A DNA stretch of 64,000 nucleotides, taken from positions 1,143,217 through 1,207,216 of the forward strand of contig CBDHFS010000002.1 in the NCBI GenBank assembly GCA_965262735.1, in the 5' to 3' direction. Position numbers and translations under genes: made by a program. Below, in pieces: positions 44,711-53,093 of this stretch. This DNA comes from Dehalococcoidia bacterium (lineage in GTDB: Bacteria > Chloroflexota > Dehalococcoidia > Lucifugimonadales > UBA3495). The notes below the pieces were generated by a model, which saw only the letters and a program-made list of their open reading frames with translations, ran no database searches and was not told the origin of the DNA. Positions within the stretch are counted from its first letter, which is position 1. Each line of letters begins with the position of its first letter.

Positions 44711-44791
44711 CCACGTTGCGCCGTCGTTGACAAGCAGGGTGGCGAAATTTACACTTCGGGACATCCGGGGGATTTCCCCAATTACCTTCGC

Positions 44792-45214
44792 TTGGTTGCC
44801 GACCTGCTCATGTCCCCTTCCATTGACCCCCAACGGCTGAAACTCTCCGACGACGGGCTTCACGGAGTCTTGCTGGGTTGCCAGTGCCTTGATTGCGGGG
44901 TGCGGATATTCGGGCCGGCTACTTTTTGCCAGTCCTGCACGTCCGACAACCTGTCCCCCGTTGAGTTCGGGGCCAAGGGAAAGTTGTTCAGCTACACCGT
45001 GGTGCGAGTGCCGCCGCCGGGGTGGCCCGGGGCGGTCCCCTACGTGCTGGGAGAAGTCGAGCTTTCCGAAGGCCCCCACGTTCTGGCCGAGGTGGTGGAC
45101 GCGGACAGTTCATCCTTGGCGGTCGGCTTGATGATGGAGTTGGTCGTTGCCCCGGTGCCGGGGCATCCGCAGGGAGAGGACGTTAGGGTGTACCAATGGC
45201 GGCCGGTCACGTAA
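44792..45214 (+). CDS. DUF35 OB-fold/zinc-ribbon protein (thiolase-associated)
   Basis: CLDCG...CQSC rubredoxin-like ribbon followed by an OB fold. TTG start. A thiolase gene lies downstream. Confidence 0.7.
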   Translation: MVADLLMSPSIDPQRLKLSDDGLHGVLLGCQCLDCGVRIFGPATFCQSCTSDNLSPVEFGAKGKLFSYTVVRVPPPGWPGAVPYVLGEVELSEGPHVLAEVVDADSSSLAVGLMMELVVAPVPGHPQGEDVRVYQWRPVT

Positions 45215-45220
45215 CGATAA

Positions 45221-45253
45221 GGAAGTCCTTCCGTGAGCCTCGGGACCAACGAT
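45221..45253 (+). repeat. REP-like family 2 copy
   Basis: GGAAGTCCTTCCGTGAGCCTCGGGACCAACGAT, 7 nt after the DUF35 stop. Confidence 0.7.
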
Positions 45254-45351
45254 TAAACAGAGGGTATCAGGGCCTGCCCCGTGACCAGGTTGAATTATCG
45301 GACGGTCGAGACGTACAAACCTCGCCATTCGGCAAAAGATAAGGTGACTAG

Positions 45352-46506
45352 ATGAGTCAGTTCCGTCCCGGGCGGGATGTCATGGTAGTGGGGGTGGGTC
45401 TGCACCCCTTTGGCCGGTTCCCGAATGAAGATTTGGCGGGGATGGCCCTGGTATCTGTGGTCGAGGCGCTGCGGGATGCCGGCGTTGCGTGGAAGGACAT
45501 TCCCGTCGCCTACTTCGGCCACGTTTATTATCAGGGGATGTCGGTGGGCGAGACCGCTCTGGCCAAGCTGGGCCTGACCGGGATCCCCATCATCAACGTC
45601 GAAAACGCCTGCTCTAGCGGGTCCACCGCCTTCTGGCAAGCCTATTGGGGGATAGCGTCAGGGATGTTCGACCTGGCCCTGGCCTTCGGCGCGGAGAAGG
45701 TGCCGGGTGGGCCGGTGACGGTCACGTCTGAGGAAAGCCCGGACCGGTACATCGGTGCCGACCACATGATGGCGGGGTATGCCCTGCGGATGCGCCGCTA
45801 CATGGAAGAGACGGGCGCGCCCGCCGATGCGTTTGCCCAGGTGACGGTCAAGGCCCGGCAGAACGCATCGTTCAACCCTTTCGCCCACCGCAAGCAGACC
45901 TACACCATCGCCGAAGTGCTGGAGTCGCGGTTGATTGCCGACCCGTTGACGCTTTTCCAGTGCTGCCCCACCAGCGAAGGGGCCGCCGCCGCGGTGTTGT
46001 GCGCCCGGGAGGAACTGGCAAGCTACGGGCTGGACGAGAGCCGCGCCGTGCGGGTGGCGGCGGCGTGCCTGACCTCCGGCAACTACAACGGCCGGGGAAG
46101 CGACCATTCGGCCTTCAGTCCCTACCGCACCGAACCGGCAGCGCTGCAAGCCTACGAGATGAGCGGGTTGGGGCCGAGGGACGTGGACCTGGTGCAGGTA
46201 CACGATGCGGCCACCATCGGAGAAATTCAGCAGTTGGAGGCGCTGCACCTGGCGCCCTGGGGCGAGGGATGGCAGGCCACTCTTGAAGGCCGCACGGCTT
46301 TGACCGGGGAGATTCCCACCAACACCGACGGGGGCCTGCTGGCAATGGGGCACCCCTTCGGCGCGACCGGAATCCGCATGATTCACGAGACGGTGACCCA
46401 GTTGCGGCAGGAAGCGGGGGAACGACAGGTAGCCAACGCCAAGGTGGGGCTGGCCCAATGCTCCGGGGCGGGCGACGTCACCACGGTGCATATCCTGACC
46501 AAATAA
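45352..46506 (+). CDS. Thiolase-like (SCP-x/nonspecific lipid-transfer type) protein
   Basis: 384 aa. NVENACSSGSTAF active-site Cys region and C-terminal GHPFGATG...CSGAG. Confidence 0.8.
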   Translation: MSQFRPGRDVMVVGVGLHPFGRFPNEDLAGMALVSVVEALRDAGVAWKDIPVAYFGHVYYQGMSVGETALAKLGLTGIPIINVENACSSGSTAFWQAYWGIASGMFDLALAFGAEKVPGGPVTVTSEESPDRYIGADHMMAGYALRMRRYMEETGAPADAFAQVTVKARQNASFNPFAHRKQTYTIAEVLESRLIADPLTLFQCCPTSEGAAAAVLCAREELASYGLDESRAVRVAAACLTSGNYNGRGSDHSAFSPYRTEPAALQAYEMSGLGPRDVDLVQVHDAATIGEIQQLEALHLAPWGEGWQATLEGRTALTGEIPTNTDGGLLAMGHPFGATGIRMIHETVTQLRQEAGERQVANAKVGLAQCSGAGDVTTVHILTK

Positions 46507-46553
46507 AGCCCGGCCAGACCAAACAAAGCCCGGCCCACCGCGCCCAATTCTTC

Positions 46554-46865
46554 ATGCCCCGGACGGGAGACCAGTTTCCGTTTATGTCCACTTACATCGT
46601 GCTGGCGGCAATGAAGGGCCGCTTCGTTTCCCAACAGGGCAACTTCTACGACAACTTTCAGATGATGGGGTACGTGGAAGCCGCCGATTCCCACGCCGCC
46701 GTAACCCACTTCTTCGACCAGTCGCCGTTTCCCATCCAGTGGCAGGACGTGGAGTACCTGTGGGCCGAGGAGCTGACCGGCGACCCGCAGAACGGCCACC
46801 ACGGGGAGTATCACCGAGTATACGTAGAGCAACTGAGGGAACGGTGGGACCGTCCGGGGAATTGA
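46554..46865 (+). CDS. Hypothetical protein
   Basis: About 100-aa ORF with an uncertain start (46554 or 46584). No family recognised. Confidence 0.3.
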   Translation: MPRTGDQFPFMSTYIVLAAMKGRFVSQQGNFYDNFQMMGYVEAADSHAAVTHFFDQSPFPIQWQDVEYLWAEELTGDPQNGHHGEYHRVYVEQLRERWDRPGN

Positions 46866-46924
46866 GGAAGCCCTCGGGACTGACGATTTGCGGAATTCCT
46901 TCGAGGGCCTCAGGGAAAACGATT
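46866..46924 (+). repeat. Two adjacent REP-like family 2 copies
   Basis: GGAAGCCCTCGGGACTGACGATT plus GGAATTCCTTCGAGGGCCTCAGGGAAAACGATT. Confidence 0.7.
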
Positions 46925-46942
46925 GAAAGGGGGCCGGGGCGG

Positions 46943-47722
46943 TTAGGCCCCGGCGTGGTCCCTTAGCTGGCCAAAGTCGGAGCGGAAGCCTTCTACCAAA
47001 GCCCGGCGGTCGGTGCCGTGCAGGATGAACCGCGCGCCCTGGCTAATCCAGTATTTGGAAAGCTCCGGCGTTTGGTGATGCACCAGCACCGGGATGCCGT
47101 GGGCCTCGGATGTGTCAATGACCCGCTTGACCGTGGTGCGGTACTCCTCCCGGTCGTACATATCGGGGACGCCCAACTGAATGCTCATGTCGTTGGGGCC
47201 GACGAATATGCCGTCTATGCCGGGGACGTGCAGGATGTTTTCCAGGTTTTCGACCGCCGCCACACTTTCGATGCCAATGATGGCGATGTTGTTCTTGTTG
47301 CGCTCTTCCAGGTAACGCTTGGTGTCGTCGCTGATGTGCTCACCGCCGTCTATGACGTGCCGGGCAGCCTCGCCTTTCAGCGGGCGCCACTTGGCCGCGG
47401 CCACCACACTCTTGACCTGCTCAACCGTTTCGCAATAGGGCGCCAGCACACCCTGGGCCCCGGCGTCAATGGCCATAGTCACGTAATGGGAGTCGGGGAT
47501 GGGAATCCGGACAATGGGAACGACGCCGGTGGAGTTGAACACCCCGAGGAAGTCGCCCAACTCGCCCCTGCTGCGGGAGTTGTGCTCGGTGTCAATCACC
47601 ACGTAGTCCAGGCCCACGCCGTCCATGAAAGGAATCCACTTAGGGTTGCGGGCCACGCTAATCATCGTACCAAAGACCCGCCCGCCCGATTGCAAGACCG
47701 CTTTTAGTTCCGCGCCATTCAT
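46943..47722 (-). CDS. HpcH/HpaI family aldolase (second paralogue)
   Basis: Start set at MNGAELKAV (GAAGAGG RBS). VGLDYVVIDTEHN. Confidence 0.8.
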   Translation of the reverse strand: MNGAELKAVLQSGGRVFGTMISVARNPKWIPFMDGVGLDYVVIDTEHNSRSRGELGDFLGVFNSTGVVPIVRIPIPDSHYVTMAIDAGAQGVLAPYCETVEQVKSVVAAAKWRPLKGEAARHVIDGGEHISDDTKRYLEERNKNNIAIIGIESVAAVENLENILHVPGIDGIFVGPNDMSIQLGVPDMYDREEYRTTVKRVIDTSEAHGIPVLVHHQTPELSKYWISQGARFILHGTDRRALVEGFRSDFGQLRDHAGA

Positions 47723-47727
47723 TTTGC
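47697..47727. repeat. 31-bp perfect direct repeat, copy 1 (covers the aldolase start codon)
   Basis: ACCGCTTTTAGTTCCGCGCCATTCATTTTGC is identical to 48398-48428. Confidence 0.95.
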
Positions 47728-47807
47728 CTCTTCTATTTCCTGTAAACATTTTGGGCAATGCCCGGGCCTACTTTGGCCCAGATGCTCGCCAGTTTGTTCT
47801 CTGGGGA

Positions 47808-48347
47808 TCAGTGTACCCAGGTTTTTCTGCACCAATTGCAATAGTACTCCGTAACTCTGGTCTCTAGTTTCCTGTGGCAATCGGGGCACCTGCGTGATGC
47901 ATCAGAATCGTCAGTAGCCTGGCCAATGGAGTTATAGAACCAGGACATTCTACTATTGATTCTCTGGCCAGTTCTAGCTCCCTGTATACCTCCTCGGAAC
48001 ATATTACCCAAAACGGTGCCAAGTCCGGTGTAATAGCCTCCGCCTAAGTTTGAGCCAGACCGACACAGGATTAGCAACAACCCCAACTGTCCGATGAAAG
48101 GGATTACCCCTACAAGCATGACCCAGCCGGAGAGTCCAACGTCGTGCAGACGTCTTACACACACCGCTAAGAATGGAACCAGCAGAACCAGGAAAATCAC
48201 AAGTAATGCTGGTGCTGAGAAACCACCCACTATAAGGATTGCTCCCAAGTAGGCGAGGACAAACAGCCAGAACTCTAGACGAGACGCCTCACCAGAGAAG
48301 TCGAATGCCTTCTTGGGAATGGCCAAAGCCACTTCTTTCAGATCCAT
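47808..48347 (-). CDS. DUF805 family membrane protein with C-terminal zinc ribbon
   Basis: GEASRLEFWLFVL...CVRRLHDVGLSGW is DUF805-typical, with a CPDC...CNWC tail. Visibly low GC. Confidence 0.65.
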   Translation of the reverse strand: MDLKEVALAIPKKAFDFSGEASRLEFWLFVLAYLGAILIVGGFSAPALLVIFLVLLVPFLAVCVRRLHDVGLSGWVMLVGVIPFIGQLGLLLILCRSGSNLGGGYYTGLGTVLGNMFRGGIQGARTGQRINSRMSWFYNSIGQATDDSDASRRCPDCHRKLETRVTEYYCNWCRKTWVH

Positions 48348-48397
48348 TCATCGCCTCCCTCGCTTCCAATGATCGTTTCCTTTGGAAGGGTCGACCA

Positions 48398-48428
48398 ACC
48401 GCTTTTAGTTCCGCGCCATTCATTTTGC
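48398..48428. repeat. 31-bp perfect direct repeat, copy 2
   Basis: Identical to 47697-47727, 701 bp away. Confidence 0.95.
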
Positions 48429-48498
48429 TGACCAATCCTTTCTGTAGCCATACTTTGTAAGGTAGGCCCAGTATATCATTGGCCGGGTTTCCGGGTAA

Positions 48499-48531
48499 GG
48501 AAGTCCTTCGAGAGCCTCGGGGCGAACGGTT
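48499..48531 (+). repeat. REP-like family 2 copy
   Basis: GGAAGTCCTTCGAGAGCCTCGGGGCGAACGGTT. Confidence 0.8.
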
Positions 48532-48593
48532 GAGGCTGGGGCGAAGGATTTTAGCCGAGGTCCGCAGAGCGAGGCAGAGTTGGTATACTGGCG

Positions 48594-49817
48594 TTGCCGC
48601 CGCGCAAAAACGACACCGGGCCCGCAGGGAGCATTTTGAACGAAGTCAGCATCATAGACCAGCAATCCGACTGGGACGCCGTCGCCGCCCAACTTGGCGG
48701 GGAACGGGAGTTGGCGGTGGACCTGGAAGCCAACAGCCTGCACGCCTACCGGGAACGGATCTGTCTAATCCAAATTGCCACCGACCGGGCCAGCTACATC
48801 GTTGACCCGCTGGCCGTGGATGACCTCAGCCGGTTGGGGGATATTCTGGGCAACGCAGAAATCGTCAAGGACGGCCACGGCTGCGACTATGACATCCGGT
48901 CCCTGGACCGGGACTACCAATTCTCCATTCGCGGGTTGTTTGACACGCAGATAGCCGCTCGATTTCTGGGTTGCCGGACGCCCAACTTGGGGGCGGTGCT
49001 GGCGGATTTTCTCAACGTATCCATCCCCAAGAGCCGGGAGTTGCAGCGGTCCAACTGGGCCCGGCGGCCCCTGCGCCCCGCCGCGTTGGAGTACGCCGCC
49101 AACGACGTCAATCACCTGGTCCGGCTGTCCGACACACTGCGGGAGCGGCTGCGGGAAGTGGAACGGCTGGAATGGGTCGAGGAGGAATGCCACCGGCTGA
49201 CGCAGACCCGCTTCACCCGTCCGGGACCGGCGGAGTTCGCGTTTTTGCGGGTGAAAGGCAGCGACCGGCTGGACGGCCGGGAGTTGGCAATCCTCAAGGA
49301 GTTACACGGTTGGCGGGAAAGGCTGGCCGAGCGTCAAGACCGCCCGGCATTCCAGATTGCCGGTAACGACGACCTGATTCAGTCGTCGCTAGTTGCCGCG
49401 CAGCACGGAACGGCCGACCTGGGACTGGTGGCTCTGATGACCGAATGTGGGCCCAGCCTGGGACCACACCTTTCCGCCGGCGTGGATTCCACCATAATCA
49501 ACGCCGCCCGCCGAGGCCTGGACAGCCCACCCTTTGTCAAACCGGAGCGTCCCCGCCGTTTCAACCCCTGGACGCCGGACGGGAAGGCGCTGCTGCAATC
49601 GTTGAAACGTCGGCGCACCGAGATTGGCGCCGCGCTGGACTTGGACCCGGCCCTGATTTGGCCGGCCCCCAGCCTGGAGCGCATGGCGCTGGCCCCGGAG
49701 GAATGGCGCATCGAGATTGAAGAGGGCGGCGCTGCCGAGGTTCGGGCCTGGCAGCGCCGGGAGTTCGGAGACCGTTGGCAAGATGTCGTAGAGACCCACG
49801 GCCGGGAAGGTCAATAA
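48594..49817 (+). CDS. rnd: Ribonuclease D (DEDD 3'-5' exonuclease plus HRDC)
   Basis: LAVDLEANSL...ICLIQIAT...YAANDVNHL. The start is uncertain. Confidence 0.8.
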   Translation: MPPRKNDTGPAGSILNEVSIIDQQSDWDAVAAQLGGERELAVDLEANSLHAYRERICLIQIATDRASYIVDPLAVDDLSRLGDILGNAEIVKDGHGCDYDIRSLDRDYQFSIRGLFDTQIAARFLGCRTPNLGAVLADFLNVSIPKSRELQRSNWARRPLRPAALEYAANDVNHLVRLSDTLRERLREVERLEWVEEECHRLTQTRFTRPGPAEFAFLRVKGSDRLDGRELAILKELHGWRERLAERQDRPAFQIAGNDDLIQSSLVAAQHGTADLGLVALMTECGPSLGPHLSAGVDSTIINAARRGLDSPPFVKPERPRRFNPWTPDGKALLQSLKRRRTEIGAALDLDPALIWPAPSLERMALAPEEWRIEIEEGGAAEVRAWQRREFGDRWQDVVETHGREGQ

Positions 49818-49850
49818 AGAAGTCCTTCGAGAGCCTCAGGAAGAACGATT
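49818..49850 (+). repeat. REP-like family 2 copy, starts immediately after the rnd stop codon
   Basis: (TAA)AGAAGTCCTTCGAGAGCCTCAGGAAGAACGATT. Confidence 0.8.
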
Positions 49851-49929
49851 TTAAGAGTTCAGAACGAGCGTGTTTCAATAAACGTCTGAGCAACTGTCCC
49901 CGTGGATCAGGGAGACCAACGGGAGCCGG

Positions 49930-51021
49930 CTAAAACCCGAAGGTTACGACCTGCTGGCAGAACCGGGCCGTCTCAACCAGATCCGGTATGACCACGTACT
50001 CGTCCACGGTGTGCATCTGGTTGGTGGACATTCCGACCACCACGTTGGAGATGCCGTTGAGCCGGAAGACGTTGCCGTCGGTGCCACCGCCAGAGGGCCG
50101 GATGTTGGGCGCCATGCCCATGTCTCCCATGACCCGGGTAGCCAGCCTGACGATGGACTCCTCCGGGTCCAGAGTGTACATCTGGAACATTACCTCCAGG
50201 TCTTCCTCGATGGAGGCTTCCCGATACCGCTGCCGGGCCTCGTCCAGCGTGGAGAGCAGTTGAATCTTCAACAGGTCGAAGGTTTCGGAGTTGCGGCTGC
50301 GGAACTCTCCACCAAATGTCGTCAGGGCCGGCACCGCGTTGCGGACCGTGCCGCCGGAAATCAGGCCGACGTTGAAGGTGGTCTCTTCGTCCAGGCGGCC
50401 TTGCGGCAGTTGGTTGATGATGTCGGTGGCGATGCGGATGGCCGACAGTCCCTTTTCCGGCTCCACGCCGGCGTGGGCGGCCCGTCCCCGGACCACCACG
50501 TCAAAACGCATGTAGGTGGGGCTGGAGCCGGTGATGGTGTTGACCGGGCCGTTGCCGTCAAACACGACAGCTTCGGTAGCGTTAAGCATGGACCAGTCCA
50601 GGTGACTGGCGCCCACCAAGCCGATTTCCTCGCCGCGGGTGAAGACGACCTGGACCGGGCGATGGGGCCGGCCGTCTTCCATGATTGACTCCAACCCCTC
50701 CATGATGGCAGAGAGGCCGGCCTTGCAGTCGCCGCCCAGGATGGTCGTACCGTCGGAGGTTATGCGCTCACCGTGGATTTGGGGTTGAATGCCCCGGCCC
50801 GGCTCGACGGTATCCATGTGGGCCGAAAGCAACAACGGGTTTTTCCCGGCCTCAGTAGCGATAACGTTGCCGAAGGCATCCCTCGCCACGGCCAAGCCCA
50901 GGTTTTCCAACCTGGGAATCAGGTGTTGGGCGACTTCCTCCTCTTCCTCGGAAGGGCTGTCAATCCGCACCAAGTCGCAAAAAGACCCGACAAGCCGGTC
51001 TTGGTTAATCATAAGAGACAC
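49930..51021 (-). CDS. M20 family metallopeptidase (PepT/tripeptidase-like)
   Basis: LLSAHMDTVEPG...FTRGEEIGLVGA. Confidence 0.8.
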   Translation of the reverse strand: MSLMINQDRLVGSFCDLVRIDSPSEEEEEVAQHLIPRLENLGLAVARDAFGNVIATEAGKNPLLLSAHMDTVEPGRGIQPQIHGERITSDGTTILGGDCKAGLSAIMEGLESIMEDGRPHRPVQVVFTRGEEIGLVGASHLDWSMLNATEAVVFDGNGPVNTITGSSPTYMRFDVVVRGRAAHAGVEPEKGLSAIRIATDIINQLPQGRLDEETTFNVGLISGGTVRNAVPALTTFGGEFRSRNSETFDLLKIQLLSTLDEARQRYREASIEEDLEVMFQMYTLDPEESIVRLATRVMGDMGMAPNIRPSGGGTDGNVFRLNGISNVVVGMSTNQMHTVDEYVVIPDLVETARFCQQVVTFGF

Positions 51022-51178
51022 CTCTTCATCAGTTGAAAACGCTTGTTGGAAGTTATGCGGGCATTATACCGCAACCCGCTGCGGCGGGGGTTACAAGCAT
51101 TATTCACGATGGAAGAACACGGACAAAGTTGGCAGGGGTGTCGTAGTGGGAGGAGAAAGCCGGGCGGGGGTAGTTATT

Positions 51179-51255
51179 TGGTAGCGCATGGGGGATTCGA
51201 ACCCCCGATCTCCGCCTTGAGAGGGCGGTGTCCTGGGCCGCTAGACGAATGCGCC
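51179..51255 (-). tRNA. tRNA-Glu: tRNA-Glu (anticodon CUC), CCA encoded
   Basis: Minus strand GGCGCATTCGTCTAGCGGCCCAGGACACCGCCCTCTCAAGGCGGAGATCGGGGGTTCGAATCCCCCATGCGCTACCA. The cloverleaf folds by eye and the anticodon loop is CUCUCAA. Confidence 0.9.
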
Positions 51256-51349
51256 ACCGAAAAAGGTGCCAGTCCTCGGCCCAATTTACCGGACTGGTAC
51301 GGTGATGTTACCAGACCGGTCAAGGCTTGTAAACCAGTCAAAATCGGTC

Positions 51350-51492
51350 GTAACTGTTCAGGGTTGAGGGGACCGGAGTGGCTGATGGCGGAATATGGGG
51401 GTTGGGTTACGTTGGGGGATGAATCCCCCAAACCCCCTAAAAAAGTGGCAGTTGCCTGAAACCAATTCATCTCACCAAGTCTAAGCTGTTAC
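51350..51492 (-). mobile_element. MITE-like element (short subfamily, inverted), about 95 bp from tRNA-Glu
   Basis: Full-length alignment to the other copies. The core loop is flipped (TTCA in element orientation). The flanking duplication is unclear. Confidence 0.8.
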
Positions 51493-51566
51493 GGTTGGAA
51501 TGGTCGGCTTTTCTACCTCCCTGCGCAGCGGCTATAATCGCCGAAATTGGCAGCGAGGGTGTTTTG

Positions 51567-52274
51567 ATGACACAACAGCCTTCACGACCCGATTCCATGC
51601 GCGGCCCTACCATGCAGATTCACCAGGTATTGACCGGGCCACCCCATGAAGGAGAGGCCGGGCAGGGCCTGGTGTTCCGCACCAGCCGGGGCGACGTCCC
51701 GGCCATACTGCACCAGGCTGAGGACTCCCAACTGGCGGCAATTTACGTTTGCGGAGCGGGCGGCGGGTTCGGCGGGCCCGCAGGCGGGGTCTACGCCCGG
51801 TTGGGTGAGTCTCTGCGGGAAAAGGGAATCACCGGGATGCGGCTGAATTACCGGCAACCCAACGTCTTTCCCGAATGTGTCCTGGACCTGCTGGCCGGGG
51901 TTATGTTTCTGCAAAAGAAGGACTACGGCCCGGTGGCGTTGGTAGGCCATTCCTTCGGAGGGGCGGTGGTGGTAGCCGCTGGAGCCGCCAGCCGTCATGT
52001 TTGCGGGGTAGCCGCCCTGGCATCCCAGACCTACGGCGCCAACATGGCTTCCCTCCTTTCTCCCAAGCGGCTGCTGGTCGTCCACGGGAAGAACGACACC
52101 CGGCTGCCCTTCAGCTGCGGGGTGCAGATTTACGATTGGGCCCAAGAGCCGAAGCAGTTGGTGCTTTACGAAGGGGCGGAACACCGCTTGCAGGAGTGCG
52201 GGGAGGAGCTGGAAGCACTGCTGGAGCAGTGGATTCCGGACACTCTAAGTTCTGCCGGGTCTCAACCGGAGTAA
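51567..52274 (+). CDS. Alpha/beta hydrolase (dienelactone hydrolase-like)
   Basis: VGHSFGG nucleophile elbow. Start set at MTQQPS, because the longer ORF begins next to a MITE. Confidence 0.65.
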   Translation: MTQQPSRPDSMRGPTMQIHQVLTGPPHEGEAGQGLVFRTSRGDVPAILHQAEDSQLAAIYVCGAGGGFGGPAGGVYARLGESLREKGITGMRLNYRQPNVFPECVLDLLAGVMFLQKKDYGPVALVGHSFGGAVVVAAGAASRHVCGVAALASQTYGANMASLLSPKRLLVVHGKNDTRLPFSCGVQIYDWAQEPKQLVLYEGAEHRLQECGEELEALLEQWIPDTLSSAGSQPE

Positions 52275-52364
52275 GAAACTATATTTACGATCCCTCCCCC
52301 TCAAAGCGTGGCCCAGCAAGCCCGGGGAGGGATTGCAGATAAGGGGGTCCTTCGAGACCCCCAT

Positions 52365-52439
52365 GGTCTTTTGATTTTCCGGGGACGGGGCCACGTTGGG
52401 GGATTCATCCCCCAAACCCCCTGAATTGGGGTAGTCCGG
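52365..52439 (-). repeat. 75-bp core-containing repeat (inverted partner of 2825-2899)
   Basis: The reverse complement aligns over about 75 bp with 2825-2899. Confidence 0.8.
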
Positions 52440-52484
52440 CAAGGCGGCACTGAGCTTGCAGGGGCAATTGCGGGGAATACTTAA

Positions 52485-52514
52485 AAGGCCCTTCGAGACC
52501 CCCAGGACGTACGG
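52485..52514 (+). repeat. REP-like family 2 copy (degenerate)
   Basis: AAAGGCCCTTCGAGACCCCCAGGACGTACGG. Confidence 0.6.
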
Positions 52515-52613
52515 ACTGAGTTGCCGTACGTCCTGGATAAGCAGCCTTTTGAGATGTTCTCTGCAGCCCGGGGTTGCCGACTCTTCCCACCCGCTTCCGA
52601 GTCGGCAACACTC

Positions 52614-53015
52614 TCAGCGCAACTCCACCACCCGGTCAATGGTGGGAATGTCCGGCCGGAAGGTCGCGCGCCAGGCTTCCAAACCCTTAATTTTCGCGAC
52701 GCTCCCAATCCAGCCGCCCACCAGGTCCAGGACGGCCATGATTTCTTCGGGGCTGGCGCCGGCCTTGTTGGCGGCGTGCATGTGCAGCTGAACGTGGGAC
52801 ACCAGGTCGCCGCTGGCGACGCAGGCCACGACTATCAGCAGTTCCTTGGTCTTCCGGTCAATCAAGCCTTCCTTGAGGTAATTGGCCTCGGTGTTGTCGT
52901 TGTGCCGGGCCAGAGCTTCCGGCCCGCCCAGGTGGGCCACAAAGTCGTGCAGCCCAAAGCGGAACCCACGCAGCGCGGTGGTGCGTTCCAATTCCCGTTC
53001 CATGTCGGTTGACAT
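52614..53015 (-). CDS. CMD/AhpD-like family protein (tandem paralogue 1)
   Basis: Start at MSTDME (AAGGAGAAG RBS). DRKTKELLIVVACVA...HMHAANKAGASPEEI. Confidence 0.7.
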   Translation of the reverse strand: MSTDMERELERTTALRGFRFGLHDFVAHLGGPEALARHNDNTEANYLKEGLIDRKTKELLIVVACVASGDLVSHVQLHMHAANKAGASPEEIMAVLDLVGGWIGSVAKIKGLEAWRATFRPDIPTIDRVVELR

Positions 53016-53093
53016 CTTCACTTCTCCTTGATTCGCCATTGCCGCGGCGGTATTGGTGGGGCGCAATCGGGACCGCCTGGGAATTAAATACGT

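Noticed and set aside
51100-51500. Integrative element at tRNA-Glu.
   Set aside because: There is no integrase, no duplicated tRNA 3' end and no compositional island. Only a MITE copy is nearby.
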